Origin: Methanobacteriota archaeon
GTDB taxonomy: Archaea; Thermoplasmatota; Poseidoniia; Poseidoniales; Thalassarchaeaceae
Length of the DNA stretch: 64,000 nt
Assembly: GCA_004195715.1 (NCBI GenBank)
Contig: PSPX01000002.1
Coordinates: 29,937 to 93,936 of the forward strand
Direction: 5' to 3'
Shown: positions 47,246 to 56,896 of the stretch, piece after piece
How positions within the stretch are numbered: the first letter of the stretch is position 1
Layout of the letters: the number at the start of each line of letters is the position of its first letter
Position numbers and translations under genes: made by a program
Notes under the pieces: model-generated
Databases searched by the model: none
What the model saw: only the letters and a program-made list of their open reading frames with translations
What the model was told of the DNA's origin: nothing

Positions 47246-47289
47246 ACGAGTCCCAGGGAACAAGCGACAGGTGTTGCGCACTTCAAGGC

Positions 47290-47565
47290 TCAGGAGTGTC
47301 TAACTTCGTTCAGAAGAGTCTCCAGAACTGTCTGAATCTGTAGGCACAGGGGACCGTAGTGAATTGGCAGGTTAGCATCGTTGAAGATGTCATCTAGGAT
47401 CGATGCGGTCATGCCCAGCCTGAGGTCCATCTCCTTGTCTTTGTTGAGCAGCCACTTCTCGACTGCGTCCTTCGCAGATGTCCTGATGTTACGGGGCACT
47501 TGTGTGTCATCGAGCTGACCGAGGACCTGCGCAATCTGCTGTATTCTTTCTTCGATGTCGGTCAC
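47290..47565 (-). CDS. UPF0147 family protein
   Basis: DTQVPRNIR...DDIFNDANLP matches the archaeal UPF0147 pattern. Confidence 0.85.
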   Translation of the reverse strand: MTDIEERIQQIAQVLGQLDDTQVPRNIRTSAKDAVEKWLLNKDKEMDLRLGMTASILDDIFNDANLPIHYGPLCLQIQTVLETLLNEVRHS

Positions 47566-47624
47566 GCATATCCCTCTGACGCGGCCACCCGAGGGGGCCC
47601 CTTAAGCGCATCCCCGGAACTGCC

Positions 47625-48419
47625 CTAGGGCGATTCACCCCTCCATGCTGCCCATGGCATTTCGGTGTTCGAGTGACCCACCCCCTCGCCCTCAGAGGCA
47701 AGGGAGATTAGGCCGACGGATACGCCGTCGTCGATGAGTTCATTGATACCCCACTGCATCGCCGATTCTATAGTCGACTCAGTCGAGAGTATCTTGTCAT
47801 GGACTCTGTAACTCAACAGCGATCTGGTGATAGCCTCACCGACCCCGGTTGCGGCAACTGCGAGGCCGTGGCCGGCCCAGAATCCAGAGCCCGGCAGTGG
47901 GACATCTCCCACCCGGCCTGCTGGACGGTAACTGGTCCCGCCCGTGCTGGTAGCACAAGCCAGAGTCCCAATAGAGTCCCTAGTGATAACGCCTACAGTA
48001 TCTCCAGCCCCCACACGAGGGGGCCTGCCCTCGACAGCTGCCTTGAGATGGCCCTTGGAATCTGCCCAGACCCTTGCACCGTCGCCTGCTAGTCCGTTAA
48101 TCTCCTCGTCCAGCAAATCGGCTGCGACTCGTATCGGGTTGGGCGTGTCTCGCATAGCTATCACGAATCCCATGCGACCGTCCGAAGTATGCAGTGAGGC
48201 GTCCAGCAAAACTGAACCGTCGGTCCTGCATACAGCCCCGGTACCGGCGTTGAACACAGGGTCGTCCTCCAGTACCACACATGCCTCTACTGCCGCCTCA
48301 ACAGCGGAGCCTCCGGCCTCAAGAATATTTGCCGCCCGAACGATTGCGGCCTCCACATTTTCCTGCCTAGGAGGCCCCGGACCTGCGCCGCCATGAGCAA
48401 CTACTGCTGGAACTGCCAT
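47625..48419 (-). CDS. iaaA: Isoaspartyl peptidase/L-asparaginase (Ntn hydrolase, class 2)
   Basis: VAHGGAG, LEDDPVFNAG, nucleophile GDTVG, ATSTGG, GRVGD, ATGVGE. Confidence 0.88.
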   Translation of the reverse strand: MAVPAVVAHGGAGPGPPRQENVEAAIVRAANILEAGGSAVEAAVEACVVLEDDPVFNAGTGAVCRTDGSVLLDASLHTSDGRMGFVIAMRDTPNPIRVAADLLDEEINGLAGDGARVWADSKGHLKAAVEGRPPRVGAGDTVGVITRDSIGTLACATSTGGTSYRPAGRVGDVPLPGSGFWAGHGLAVAATGVGEAITRSLLSYRVHDKILSTESTIESAMQWGINELIDDGVSVGLISLASEGEGVGHSNTEMPWAAWRGESP

Positions 48420-48426
48420 ACTATCA

Positions 48427-49767
48427 CTACACCATTCTAGACTTATTCACAGACTCGCCATTCAATCTCAATCGGAGTTGGAGCAGTATGGCTAGGACGA
48501 ATATTATTCCTGCTACTCTAAAGCAGGTGTGGTAAGTCCATAGGCCTGTTCCCTGGACCGTAAGAGACCACAAGTAGGCGGCAAACAGCGGGCCGATGAT
48601 GCGCGCTAAGGCACCAAATCCTTCCTGCGCCCCCATGACCATACCAAGTTCGTAACCCCGTGACTTAGCCTCGAAGGTCAGCACCGAGGACTGGGTCGGA
48701 GAGAATAGCCCGTTACCTATCGCTAGGCCAGCAGATGATGCGAAAATCAGCCAACTTACATCATGCCGGACATACGGAATACTGGCTATCCCGACACCGC
48801 ACAGGAGTGTTCCTACAATCATCAGACGGGGCATGCTGAACCTGTCAGTCAGCGGACCGATGAGTCCCCCTTGGATGATAACACCCAGTAATCCAATGAA
48901 GGCGAATATCCAGCCGTTGTCAAGTTCGCTCCAACCAAGACCGCCATCAACGGGAGTCATCGATGTGTACAGGATGAATGTCCCGTGCATCATGCTGAAC
49001 CCCATCATGAATAGGAAGTTGATCGAAACCAATGTGGATACTGTTGGGAACTTCATGACCTTGACGATGTTAGTCATCATCCCACCCATTCCGCTGAACA
49101 GCGAGCCATCAGAGGGGGTTCGGGACTCGGGTGGCAGGGTTTCAGGGAGCCGAGTAACAGCGAGAGCCAATGAGGCCAGTGAAAGAGCGCTGGAGAACAA
49201 GCACGGGAGCAAGTAGGGGTGATCTATCCAGAGCTGTCCATCGAACGGCGCTCCGATACTGTTGGCTGGATCAGAAAGGATCCCTCCGATGAACGGACCG
49301 ATCATGAAACCTAGTCCGAAGGCAGCCCCTATCATGCCCATCCTGCGGGCTATCATCTCGGGTTCGCTGATGTCGCCAATGTAGGCTCGGGCAACGGCGA
49401 TGTTACCGTTACCGGCTCCGGCTAGGAAGCGTGCTACGAGCGCCATGGCCAAACTTCCAGAGAGGCCGAAAACGGTGAAGAAGACAGTGTTTGAGAACAA
49501 TCCAAACATCAGGATAGGTCTGCGCCCCATCCTGTCGCTGAGGGACCCCAGCACAGGGGTGAAGATGAACTGGGCTAGAGAGTAGGTGGCGATGACGATG
49601 CCTACCCAGAGATCGCGGCTGCCAACATCCATGATACCTTCCGCGGTAGCAAGATCCTGGACAAAGTAGGTCAGGAATGGAATTACTATGGTGAAGCCGA
49701 TCATGTCGACAAGGACAACTAGGAACAATATTCCCATAGGGGATCTATGCTGTTCGGTCAAGGACAT
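48427..49767 (-). CDS. MFS transporter (DHA1/TetA-like)
   Basis: GSLSDRMGRRP (motif A), ARFLAG, GFMIGPFIGG; 12 TM. Confidence 0.88.
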   Translation of the reverse strand: MSLTEQHRSPMGILFLVVLVDMIGFTIVIPFLTYFVQDLATAEGIMDVGSRDLWVGIVIATYSLAQFIFTPVLGSLSDRMGRRPILMFGLFSNTVFFTVFGLSGSLAMALVARFLAGAGNGNIAVARAYIGDISEPEMIARRMGMIGAAFGLGFMIGPFIGGILSDPANSIGAPFDGQLWIDHPYLLPCLFSSALSLASLALAVTRLPETLPPESRTPSDGSLFSGMGGMMTNIVKVMKFPTVSTLVSINFLFMMGFSMMHGTFILYTSMTPVDGGLGWSELDNGWIFAFIGLLGVIIQGGLIGPLTDRFSMPRLMIVGTLLCGVGIASIPYVRHDVSWLIFASSAGLAIGNGLFSPTQSSVLTFEAKSRGYELGMVMGAQEGFGALARIIGPLFAAYLWSLTVQGTGLWTYHTCFRVAGIIFVLAILLQLRLRLNGESVNKSRMV

Positions 49768-49819
49768 CCCCGCTTTGCGGGGATGATACAGGACTTGAAA
49801 CATTATGACGAGCAGGTGC

Positions 49820-51874
49820 TCAAGCCGATGGTTGGGTGTCGGTGCCCTTCGAGATGGTGTCTATGACCTTGGAGAGGCGATCTACCAAGCTGACCTTCTC
49901 CTCGGCCCCGACGAGCGCATACTCAAGAACCTCGTCCAGAGAGTCCACAGGTAGCACCTCGACCACCTTCTCCCACTTCTCATCCATCAGAACGTCCTGC
50001 AGGTTGGAGCGAGGGATGATGACTTTCTGAATGCCGGCTTTGGCGGCAGCCTCAATCTTCGCGGTGACTCCGCCCACAGGCAGAATCTCCCCTCTAACAG
50101 AAAGCGAACCTGTCATAGCTAGGTTCTGCTCAATTGGCACGCCCTCGAAGGCACTGATTATGGCAGTGGCCATAGTAATCGATGCACTATCGCCGTCGAC
50201 ATTGTGAGTCCCAGGGAACTGAACGTGGAGATCGAAGTCCTTGATGTCCTTGCCAGTGAGCTTCTTCACGACTGCGCTGATGTTAGTCACGCTCTCGTTA
50301 GCGAGGTCTGAGAGGCCACCGGTAGCCATGACTCGCCCTGACATCCCCTGAGCCGGCGTAACCATGGCCTCGACAGGCAGCACGACCCCGGAGTAGTCAG
50401 AGAGGCCACTATCGGCCCCTAGAACAGCGAGGCCGTTGACTCGTCCCACTCGATTGCCGCGGTTGACCAGCATGGCATACTCGGCCTGGCGGTCGAGGTA
50501 GCGATCGGCCACCTGCTGCTCTAGAGGCTTGGCAATCATCCTCGCTCTAGTGACGTGCTCGGCGCGGGTCAGTTCTACACCCTCTTCAGCGGCTAGGTCG
50601 CCAGCGATGCGAACAAGTCCGCCGAGTTCCCTCAGACGCAGAGACAATTTGCCACGGCGACCGCTGCGCCTCTGCGCCTCCTTCAGAATAAGGGATATTG
50701 AGCCACGATCGAAGTGAGGTATCGGCCTGCCAGATCCCTTCTTGAGCTCGTTGCGGACCTCCTGAGCAATGAATCGGATTAGACGACGACGGTTGCGCTC
50801 AGTGTCACGCATATCGGTGTTGACGTAGACCTCGTAGCCATATCCTCGGATACGACTGCGCAGAGCAGGGTGCATGTTCTGTACGCTGTCGAGGTTTCCT
50901 GCAGCGATGAGTATGAAGTCGGTTGGGACAGGTTCTGACTTGGTAAGGGCTCCCGAGGAGCGCTCGGATCGGCCGCTGATGGAGAGTTCCTTCTCCTGCA
51001 TGGCGATCAGTAGTGCCTGTTGCTCCTCCATTCTGAGCATACGAATCTCGTCGATGTACAGAACACCCTTGTTGGATCTGTGCACGGCCCCGGGCTCAAC
51101 CCTCTCGTGGGCAGGGGTAGCGAGGTCGGCACCAGACTGGAACGGGTCGTGGCGAACATCACCCAGAAGAGCTCCGGCTAGAGTCCCGGTGGCATCAACG
51201 AACGGGGGGTCATCTTCGCGCTCGTGCTTAATCAGCAGTTTCGGAATGTTAGCATCGTCGCCTGCTGTCAGACGGGTCCTGAGGAAGAAGTATCCGAAGA
51301 CAAGGATAAAGGAACCGAAGATGAATGTCAGTATCTCGCCGCTGGAGATGGTTGCAAGCAGTAGGGCGGCGCCGACTACCAGAGCCACAAACAAGAGGGT
51401 GCGGTTGGTCCTTTCTCGCTGAAGTCTAATCTGCGCCTTCCTCTCTGAGATGATGCGTGAGCCTCGTCCAGCGGGAACGGTTCTCACCTTGGGTTCATTC
51501 TCGTCTTCGTGGTTGCGGAATACAAGGATGTCTTCGAGTTGCTCTCTAGGCAGGAACTCGGTCATAGAGCGGGCAAGCATCGACTTGCCCGTTCCAGGCT
51601 CTCCGACCATGATTACGTGTCGCCTCTGCTGGGCGGCCTTCCTGACCACTATCGAAGCAGCCTCCTGGCCAATCACCTGATCTACCAGTTTCTCCGGTAT
51701 CGGCACATCGGTCGTCGATGTGATATCGACCCCCTTAATCCAATCCTCCACAGAGTTCCCGCATACCGGATCCTTGTCCTCGGAGACGCCGAAAGCAGGC
51801 CCGTCCTCCCATGATTCCAGAGCGTCCTCTTCGGCCTCAATTGCGTCCTGCGTGTGCTCGGACTCTCTCGACAT
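49820..51874 (-). CDS. lonB: Archaeal membrane-bound Lon protease (LonB)
   Basis: DQVIGQ, Walker A GEPGTGKS, two TM, YIDEI, catalytic Ser (DGDSAS) and Lys (TAKIEAA). Confidence 0.95.
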   Translation of the reverse strand: MSRESEHTQDAIEAEEDALESWEDGPAFGVSEDKDPVCGNSVEDWIKGVDITSTTDVPIPEKLVDQVIGQEAASIVVRKAAQQRRHVIMVGEPGTGKSMLARSMTEFLPREQLEDILVFRNHEDENEPKVRTVPAGRGSRIISERKAQIRLQRERTNRTLLFVALVVGAALLLATISSGEILTFIFGSFILVFGYFFLRTRLTAGDDANIPKLLIKHEREDDPPFVDATGTLAGALLGDVRHDPFQSGADLATPAHERVEPGAVHRSNKGVLYIDEIRMLRMEEQQALLIAMQEKELSISGRSERSSGALTKSEPVPTDFILIAAGNLDSVQNMHPALRSRIRGYGYEVYVNTDMRDTERNRRRLIRFIAQEVRNELKKGSGRPIPHFDRGSISLILKEAQRRSGRRGKLSLRLRELGGLVRIAGDLAAEEGVELTRAEHVTRARMIAKPLEQQVADRYLDRQAEYAMLVNRGNRVGRVNGLAVLGADSGLSDYSGVVLPVEAMVTPAQGMSGRVMATGGLSDLANESVTNISAVVKKLTGKDIKDFDLHVQFPGTHNVDGDSASITMATAIISAFEGVPIEQNLAMTGSLSVRGEILPVGGVTAKIEAAAKAGIQKVIIPRSNLQDVLMDEKWEKVVEVLPVDSLDEVLEYALVGAEEKVSLVDRLSKVIDTISKGTDTQPSA

Positions 51875-51904
51875 AGTGCCCCCCCGGGGTCACTCCTGAT
51901 GCTG

Positions 51905-51922
51905 GCACCTTCTTGAAGGTGC
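51905..51922. promoter_or_regulatory. Inverted repeat over the lonB promoter region
   Basis: GCACCTTC-TT-GAAGGTGC, perfect 8-bp arms, 31 nt upstream of the lonB ATG. Confidence 0.5.
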
Positions 51923-51951
51923 GTTACAGGTATCAAACCCCAATGAGGTGA

Positions 51952-54900
51952 TTATTCGCGTCGGTGGAGGTACTCTGCACCATAGTAGTGCCACTGTTCC
52001 ATGGTCCAACCCGGCGGTAGGCCCTCAGGTGGCAGCGGGGGGGTCATCGGAGGAGGTGGTGGGGCTTCTCCAGTCAGATCAGTAGAGTAGGAGTCGTTTC
52101 CTTCATACGCCTCAATCTCAGAAGCGAAATCGATAGCCGACTCCGAATCGAGCCCTTGTCGACGCAGGACGATGGCCAGCGCCAGTACGAGAGCGACTGA
52201 CAGCATTAGTCCCAAAGCTATGAGGCCTGCTGACATAATCGAACTTGTGCCGCCGATCTTGACATTGGACTCTTCCTCATCGGGTTCGTCAATGACCTCC
52301 TCGGCCTCGGCTGCATATACTCGGAACTGCTCCTCTGTGACTCGGTCGAATCCGTTCTCGTCCTCGCCCTCGACAGAGAGAGTGACGTAGTCTCCTACTC
52401 CGAGTCCCTCCCCACTCACTGGGTAGACAATGAATGGACCATAGTTGTGCGACACTCCTGAGGAGTGGCAGATTCCGGTGATACTGTTGCATACCGTCCA
52501 AGTAATCCTGATGTCACTGAGCTCGTGCTGACCGACATTCTCTATGATAACAGAGGGATTTGAGCCATACTCGACGGTGCTGAAAGTCGCAACTAGGTCC
52601 GTGCCCCAATATAGCGGCATATCGTCGACAACAGTGACCGTAATCAGGTAGGCACTGGCGTCGCCGTGCCTATCCTCCAGAGTGATGGTCACAATCTCAG
52701 TCCCAGCCTCTTCCCAAGCCATGGTCAGGATACCGGTAATCGGGTTGAACTGAGCGGCTCCCGCGACGAAGGTCATCGCAGACGCCCAGATCTCCTCATC
52801 CGGGTCATCGATGTCCGTCATTCGATCAAGGAGTTCTAGGGTTATCCTGTCGCCAATCTCAACGGTGAATTCGTCAATTCCAGCCATTTCCATCCGCGGG
52901 GCGTCGTTGACATTCAGTACGTGGAATGTGATGACAGTGTCCGAGAATTTGACTCCGTCGCTGGCCCTCAATGTAAGGTCCACAACGCCAATGGAGTCGT
53001 CATCTATGGCACTGACAGAGAGGGTGTGCCCCGAGATACTCGCATCGACGAGGGCTCCGTTAGAGATTCCCAGTAACTCTAGGGACAGTCCAGAAACCGG
53101 CACCGAGTAGCCGTTGTCATCAGTGTCTGAAAGGTACTCAGACAGGCCGAAGCTGGCCGAGCCGCCCTCGTTGAAAGATTGCGAGGGGACTGGTGACCAC
53201 CTCGGGGCGCCGTTCTCCACCACGTTGAACATCATCATGCCGGAATTGCTGTCATCGCCGTCATTGATAGTGACGAATATACCCTGAGGAATAGGATTGC
53301 CTTGGCTGTCTCTGATGACCTCGCTAAACTCGACGACAATCTCAAGCGAGGACGAGTCCCACTCGATGAACTCGGGCGAGTTGCTGTCAATTTGCAGCAT
53401 TGAGAGCGGAGTCTCAGCATCGTACACCAGACCCATTAGGGAGACTCTTTCCTGAGTCTCAACCTTGACAGTCGGCATTCCTGCATACTGCGGGTAATCG
53501 CTATTCAGCACTGTGGGCAGGGCGTTGCGAAATTCAAAGGCCTCCTCGGACACCAGCCAGTCACCATACTGGCCACCAGCATCCACCCAACGGACCCTGA
53601 GGTCGTAATCGCCCACCTCAGCATTGAGGGGTGCGTCGAGGGTATGCACATAGCGAGCGTTACCTCCGCTGCCAACTAGGTCGGAGGAAGTTATCCACGA
53701 GTTGTCCCACATCTCAGTACCCGACTCGGCATAATGCAGAGTCGGCGTCATTGATGACATGTCGTCGACCATGTCGTTGGACAGAGCCGTGGACTCGAAC
53801 TGGATTGTACTGCCTCTCTCTATGGAGGTGGAAGCGATGGCGGTTGGTTGGTTGGCTATCGGAGCCATATCATGCAGGGCATTATCGTCCGTGTAGTCAT
53901 TGGAGGAGACACGGTCACCTGTCAGACCTGAGAGTTTCGCCCTGAAGGTAGTGGAGCCAGATGCATAGGGCTCTATGTCGGAGGTGTCGAACTGGATTGT
54001 GAGGATCTGAGTGCCTCCCGAAGCGAGATTGGAAATTGCTGAGCCGCCAACATAGACCTCATCAAGTCCCACTAACTCGTAGATTGATATCTCGCCACCA
54101 TCGTTGTAGGGGTCGACACCGTAGTTAGTCACCTCAACTGAGAGGTCGAGAATATCGCTAGGCACGAATCCGAGATTGCCGTTCTGGTTGTCGGCATCGA
54201 AGTCGGAAATGCCGACATCGATGAGCGGCGCCATGTCCAAGTCCGCTGCTGTTAGGAAATCGTTGTAAGAGGTGTGAGAGCCATCCATCAAAGCAACTAC
54301 CGGCCAGAAGTTCTCGTACTGGGTGTTGCCTGAAGTGGCCCTGACGGTGTTGAGTGGAACGGTCCAAGTCCTCTCGGCGGCGTTATTAGGAGTCAGGGTC
54401 AATTCCTCGAAGCCGTCCCCATTGCTGTTCAGCAACCACTCTCTCCAGTTGTGGTGAGGTCGAACACCATTATCGTAGGCGTCACCGCCAATTTTCTCGG
54501 TCACTGCTGCGTAGAGGTAGACAGTCACGGATGACAATGAACCGAGGTAGGTCGACTCTACGGTGATGGTAACCTCGTCGCCGGCGCTGTTCAGGACGAT
54601 AGAGAGTTCCATTGCGTAGTCGGATACATCCGAGCCCATGCACCCCCCGGCCGAGTAGTCGGCGTCGTAGTAGTTGGTTCCGGCGGAGCCGACCTTGTAG
54701 CAGGTCCCGCTCTGGGCGTCGGCGAAGCCAAATGTCGGGTAGCCGCTTGAGGCCGCCATCACGTGGTCCGTCCTGGAGATCGGGCCGTCGGAGGGCCAAC
54801 CTCCGGAAGAGGACTCGAAGAACGAGACGAAGGTGAAATCCTCACCGTTCGAGCTCTTGAGGTTGTCAAGCGAAGGGGCCGCGCTGTCCATGCACGGCCC

Positions 54901-55131
54901 GCACCAGTGCGCTCCGACGTATTCGCCGAACACAGCGTGCCCCGGGCTGGTTGCATACAGGGGCATTTCCTTCTGCTTCAGTTGTTCGCGTTCCTCGACC
55001 TTATCGTCCATCGCCATGAAGCCTGTGAAGGACATCATGACCACCAAGGCTGCCAATGCTGCCGGTTGAACGATTGATAGCATTCGCACTCTAGTCATCA
55101 TTTTTCCCGTAGCGAGGCGCCGTATAACCAT
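51952..55131 (-). CDS. Large surface protein: thioredoxin/Omp28-like domain (WCGPC), Ig/cadherin-like repeats, C-terminal TM and Pro-rich tail
   Basis: EYVGAHWCGPC; NDAP/NALP/NGAP domain starts; TM LIALGLMLSVALVLALAIVL; tail PPPPP...GLPPGWTMEQWHYYG. Confidence 0.75.
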   Translation of the reverse strand: MVIRRLATGKMMTRVRMLSIVQPAALAALVVMMSFTGFMAMDDKVEEREQLKQKEMPLYATSPGHAVFGEYVGAHWCGPCMDSAAPSLDNLKSSNGEDFTFVSFFESSSGGWPSDGPISRTDHVMAASSGYPTFGFADAQSGTCYKVGSAGTNYYDADYSAGGCMGSDVSDYAMELSIVLNSAGDEVTITVESTYLGSLSSVTVYLYAAVTEKIGGDAYDNGVRPHHNWREWLLNSNGDGFEELTLTPNNAAERTWTVPLNTVRATSGNTQYENFWPVVALMDGSHTSYNDFLTAADLDMAPLIDVGISDFDADNQNGNLGFVPSDILDLSVEVTNYGVDPYNDGGEISIYELVGLDEVYVGGSAISNLASGGTQILTIQFDTSDIEPYASGSTTFRAKLSGLTGDRVSSNDYTDDNALHDMAPIANQPTAIASTSIERGSTIQFESTALSNDMVDDMSSMTPTLHYAESGTEMWDNSWITSSDLVGSGGNARYVHTLDAPLNAEVGDYDLRVRWVDAGGQYGDWLVSEEAFEFRNALPTVLNSDYPQYAGMPTVKVETQERVSLMGLVYDAETPLSMLQIDSNSPEFIEWDSSSLEIVVEFSEVIRDSQGNPIPQGIFVTINDGDDSNSGMMMFNVVENGAPRWSPVPSQSFNEGGSASFGLSEYLSDTDDNGYSVPVSGLSLELLGISNGALVDASISGHTLSVSAIDDDSIGVVDLTLRASDGVKFSDTVITFHVLNVNDAPRMEMAGIDEFTVEIGDRITLELLDRMTDIDDPDEEIWASAMTFVAGAAQFNPITGILTMAWEEAGTEIVTITLEDRHGDASAYLITVTVVDDMPLYWGTDLVATFSTVEYGSNPSVIIENVGQHELSDIRITWTVCNSITGICHSSGVSHNYGPFIVYPVSGEGLGVGDYVTLSVEGEDENGFDRVTEEQFRVYAAEAEEVIDEPDEEESNVKIGGTSSIMSAGLIALGLMLSVALVLALAIVLRRQGLDSESAIDFASEIEAYEGNDSYSTDLTGEAPPPPPMTPPLPPEGLPPGWTMEQWHYYGAEYLHRRE

Positions 55132-55157
55132 GCTGCACTCACGAAAGAACGGATTAC

Positions 55158-55173
55158 CGGCTCTATAGAGCCG
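55158..55173. promoter_or_regulatory. Perfect 16-bp palindrome with a TATA core in a divergent promoter region
   Basis: CGGCTCTATAGAGCCG between the surface-protein start (55131) and trmI (55211). Confidence 0.5.
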
Positions 55174-55210
55174 CCGAAGAACTTGATTAGGCAGAGTACG
55201 GCCCCGAAGC

Positions 55211-56023
55211 GTGAATCAGGACGGAGGCGGCGAGTGGGTTGCTCTTAGGGAGGACGATGGTCGCGCCTACTTGCTACAGCGAACCCCTGGTGAAGTCAAA
55301 GTGAAGGGGCTCGGGAGATTCGATGCCGAGCAACTCCTGAACGGATACTCAATTGGAGATAGGATTACCGTCGGCCAGAAGTCCTTGTCCATCGTCGATC
55401 CTGCACTTCCTGAGGCCCGCCGGAACATGGCACGGAGGGCTCAGGTCATCGGCGCCAAGGATTCTGGATTCCTCATCTCTTGGATGGGCATCGGAGTGGG
55501 CTCGAAGGTGCTTGAGGGGGGTCATGGCTCGGCCGGTCTCGCCATGCATCTGGCCAATGTCCTAGGCTCTTCTGGTATCCTCATCTCAGTCGAATCACGG
55601 CCCGAGCACGCCGAGGTCGGACGAGCCAACATGGAGCGTCTAGCCGAGGTGCTACCTGAGTTCCCGGATTGGCACCTGATTGACGGCGATCTAATCGAAG
55701 TCGAACAAGCTGTCTCAGGAATCTGTCAATCCCTCGATGCGGCGATTATAGATGTGGCCGAGCCTTGGCGAGTTGTCCCGGCTATCGAACCACTGCTGAG
55801 GGCAGGAGGCAGGTTGGCCTGCTATTGCCCGACCACCGTGCAGCTCGAGAGGTCCTGGGAATCCGCCCAGAGGCAGGGGCTGGTCATCGAATGGGCGGGC
55901 GAGATAATCGAGCGCAAGTGGGTCAAGGCGAGCAAAGGAGGAGTGAGGCCTGGCAACCAGCCTATGGGGCACACGGCGTTCCTAGTCATCGCTGCCAAGG
56001 TGGCTCCGACCGAGGAGGAATGA
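55211..56023 (+). CDS. trmI: tRNA (adenine-N1)-methyltransferase TrmI
   Basis: RRAQVIGAKD, VLEGGHGS, DAAIIDVAEPW, PMGHTAFL. Confidence 0.85.
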   Translation: MNQDGGGEWVALREDDGRAYLLQRTPGEVKVKGLGRFDAEQLLNGYSIGDRITVGQKSLSIVDPALPEARRNMARRAQVIGAKDSGFLISWMGIGVGSKVLEGGHGSAGLAMHLANVLGSSGILISVESRPEHAEVGRANMERLAEVLPEFPDWHLIDGDLIEVEQAVSGICQSLDAAIIDVAEPWRVVPAIEPLLRAGGRLACYCPTTVQLERSWESAQRQGLVIEWAGEIIERKWVKASKGGVRPGNQPMGHTAFLVIAAKVAPTEEE

Positions 56024-56027
56024 CCAC

Positions 56028-56333
56028 ATGATTGTCACAGTCTTCCGATCCCGACTCAATCTGGATGTCAATGAGGAGTACACGGAGATAGCAGTCCGAA
56101 TGAGCGAATTGGCCAAGACCATGCCCGGATACATCTCGCACAAGTCCTTCACTGCAGAGGATGGCGAGAGGGTCACCATCGTCGAGTTCGAGTCGATGGA
56201 GGGACAACTCGAATGGCGAAGGAATGCCGAGCATGCCGAGGCGATGCGGCTCGGGCGGTCCACATTCTACGAGGAATTCAAGATTCAGGTCTGCGAGATG
56301 ATACGCATGAGCGAATACCAGAAATCGGACTGA
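56028..56333 (+). CDS. Antibiotic biosynthesis monooxygenase (ABM) family protein
   Basis: MPGYISH...IVEFESMEGQLEWRRNAEHAEAMRLGR. Confidence 0.85.
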   Translation: MIVTVFRSRLNLDVNEEYTEIAVRMSELAKTMPGYISHKSFTAEDGERVTIVEFESMEGQLEWRRNAEHAEAMRLGRSTFYEEFKIQVCEMIRMSEYQKSD

Positions 56334-56368
56334 TTAGCGCGGCACGAGGAAGGGAGAGTGGTTTCCTC

Positions 56369-56848
56369 ATGGACTGGGTCAACGACTTCAAGGACAGGGT
56401 GACTGATGTCGGCTGGACCTCGGGTACAGTCTTCCGTGAGTTCATGAGGTTCAACGTCACTGGTTGCTTCAATTCCGCGTTCGCTTTCGCAGTTTATCAG
56501 ATTCTGTACTGGGCGAATCTCTGGGATGCTCACACAGCGGTGTCAGCCTGGGTTGTGTCCAACATCATAGGGAACGTCGAAGCCCATTATATGCACTACA
56601 GATTCACCTTCAAGTCGACATTTGCCTACTCCACTAGCCTCAACAGGGCATTCTGGTGCTACACTGCGCAACTGGCAGTGACAACTTCTCTCGAATACAT
56701 CATGATAGAGAAGTGGTTGATTAATCACTACGTCGCTTGGCCAATCAACTCCTGCTTGTTCGGATTCCTCAACTTCGTGCTCATCCGCTGGCTAGCCTTC
56801 CCTCCTGAACTCGATGATGCGTATCTCGAGCGATTGTCGGATGATTGA
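56369..56848 (+). CDS. GtrA family membrane protein
   Basis: EFMRFNVTG, HYRFTF, FLNFVLIRWLAF; 4 TM. Confidence 0.75.
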   Translation: MDWVNDFKDRVTDVGWTSGTVFREFMRFNVTGCFNSAFAFAVYQILYWANLWDAHTAVSAWVVSNIIGNVEAHYMHYRFTFKSTFAYSTSLNRAFWCYTAQLAVTTSLEYIMIEKWLINHYVAWPINSCLFGFLNFVLIRWLAFPPELDDAYLERLSDD

Positions 56849-56896
56849 GTCCCCCAGCCCGATACCATTCAAAACCCCGTCCCGACACGAGAGGGC

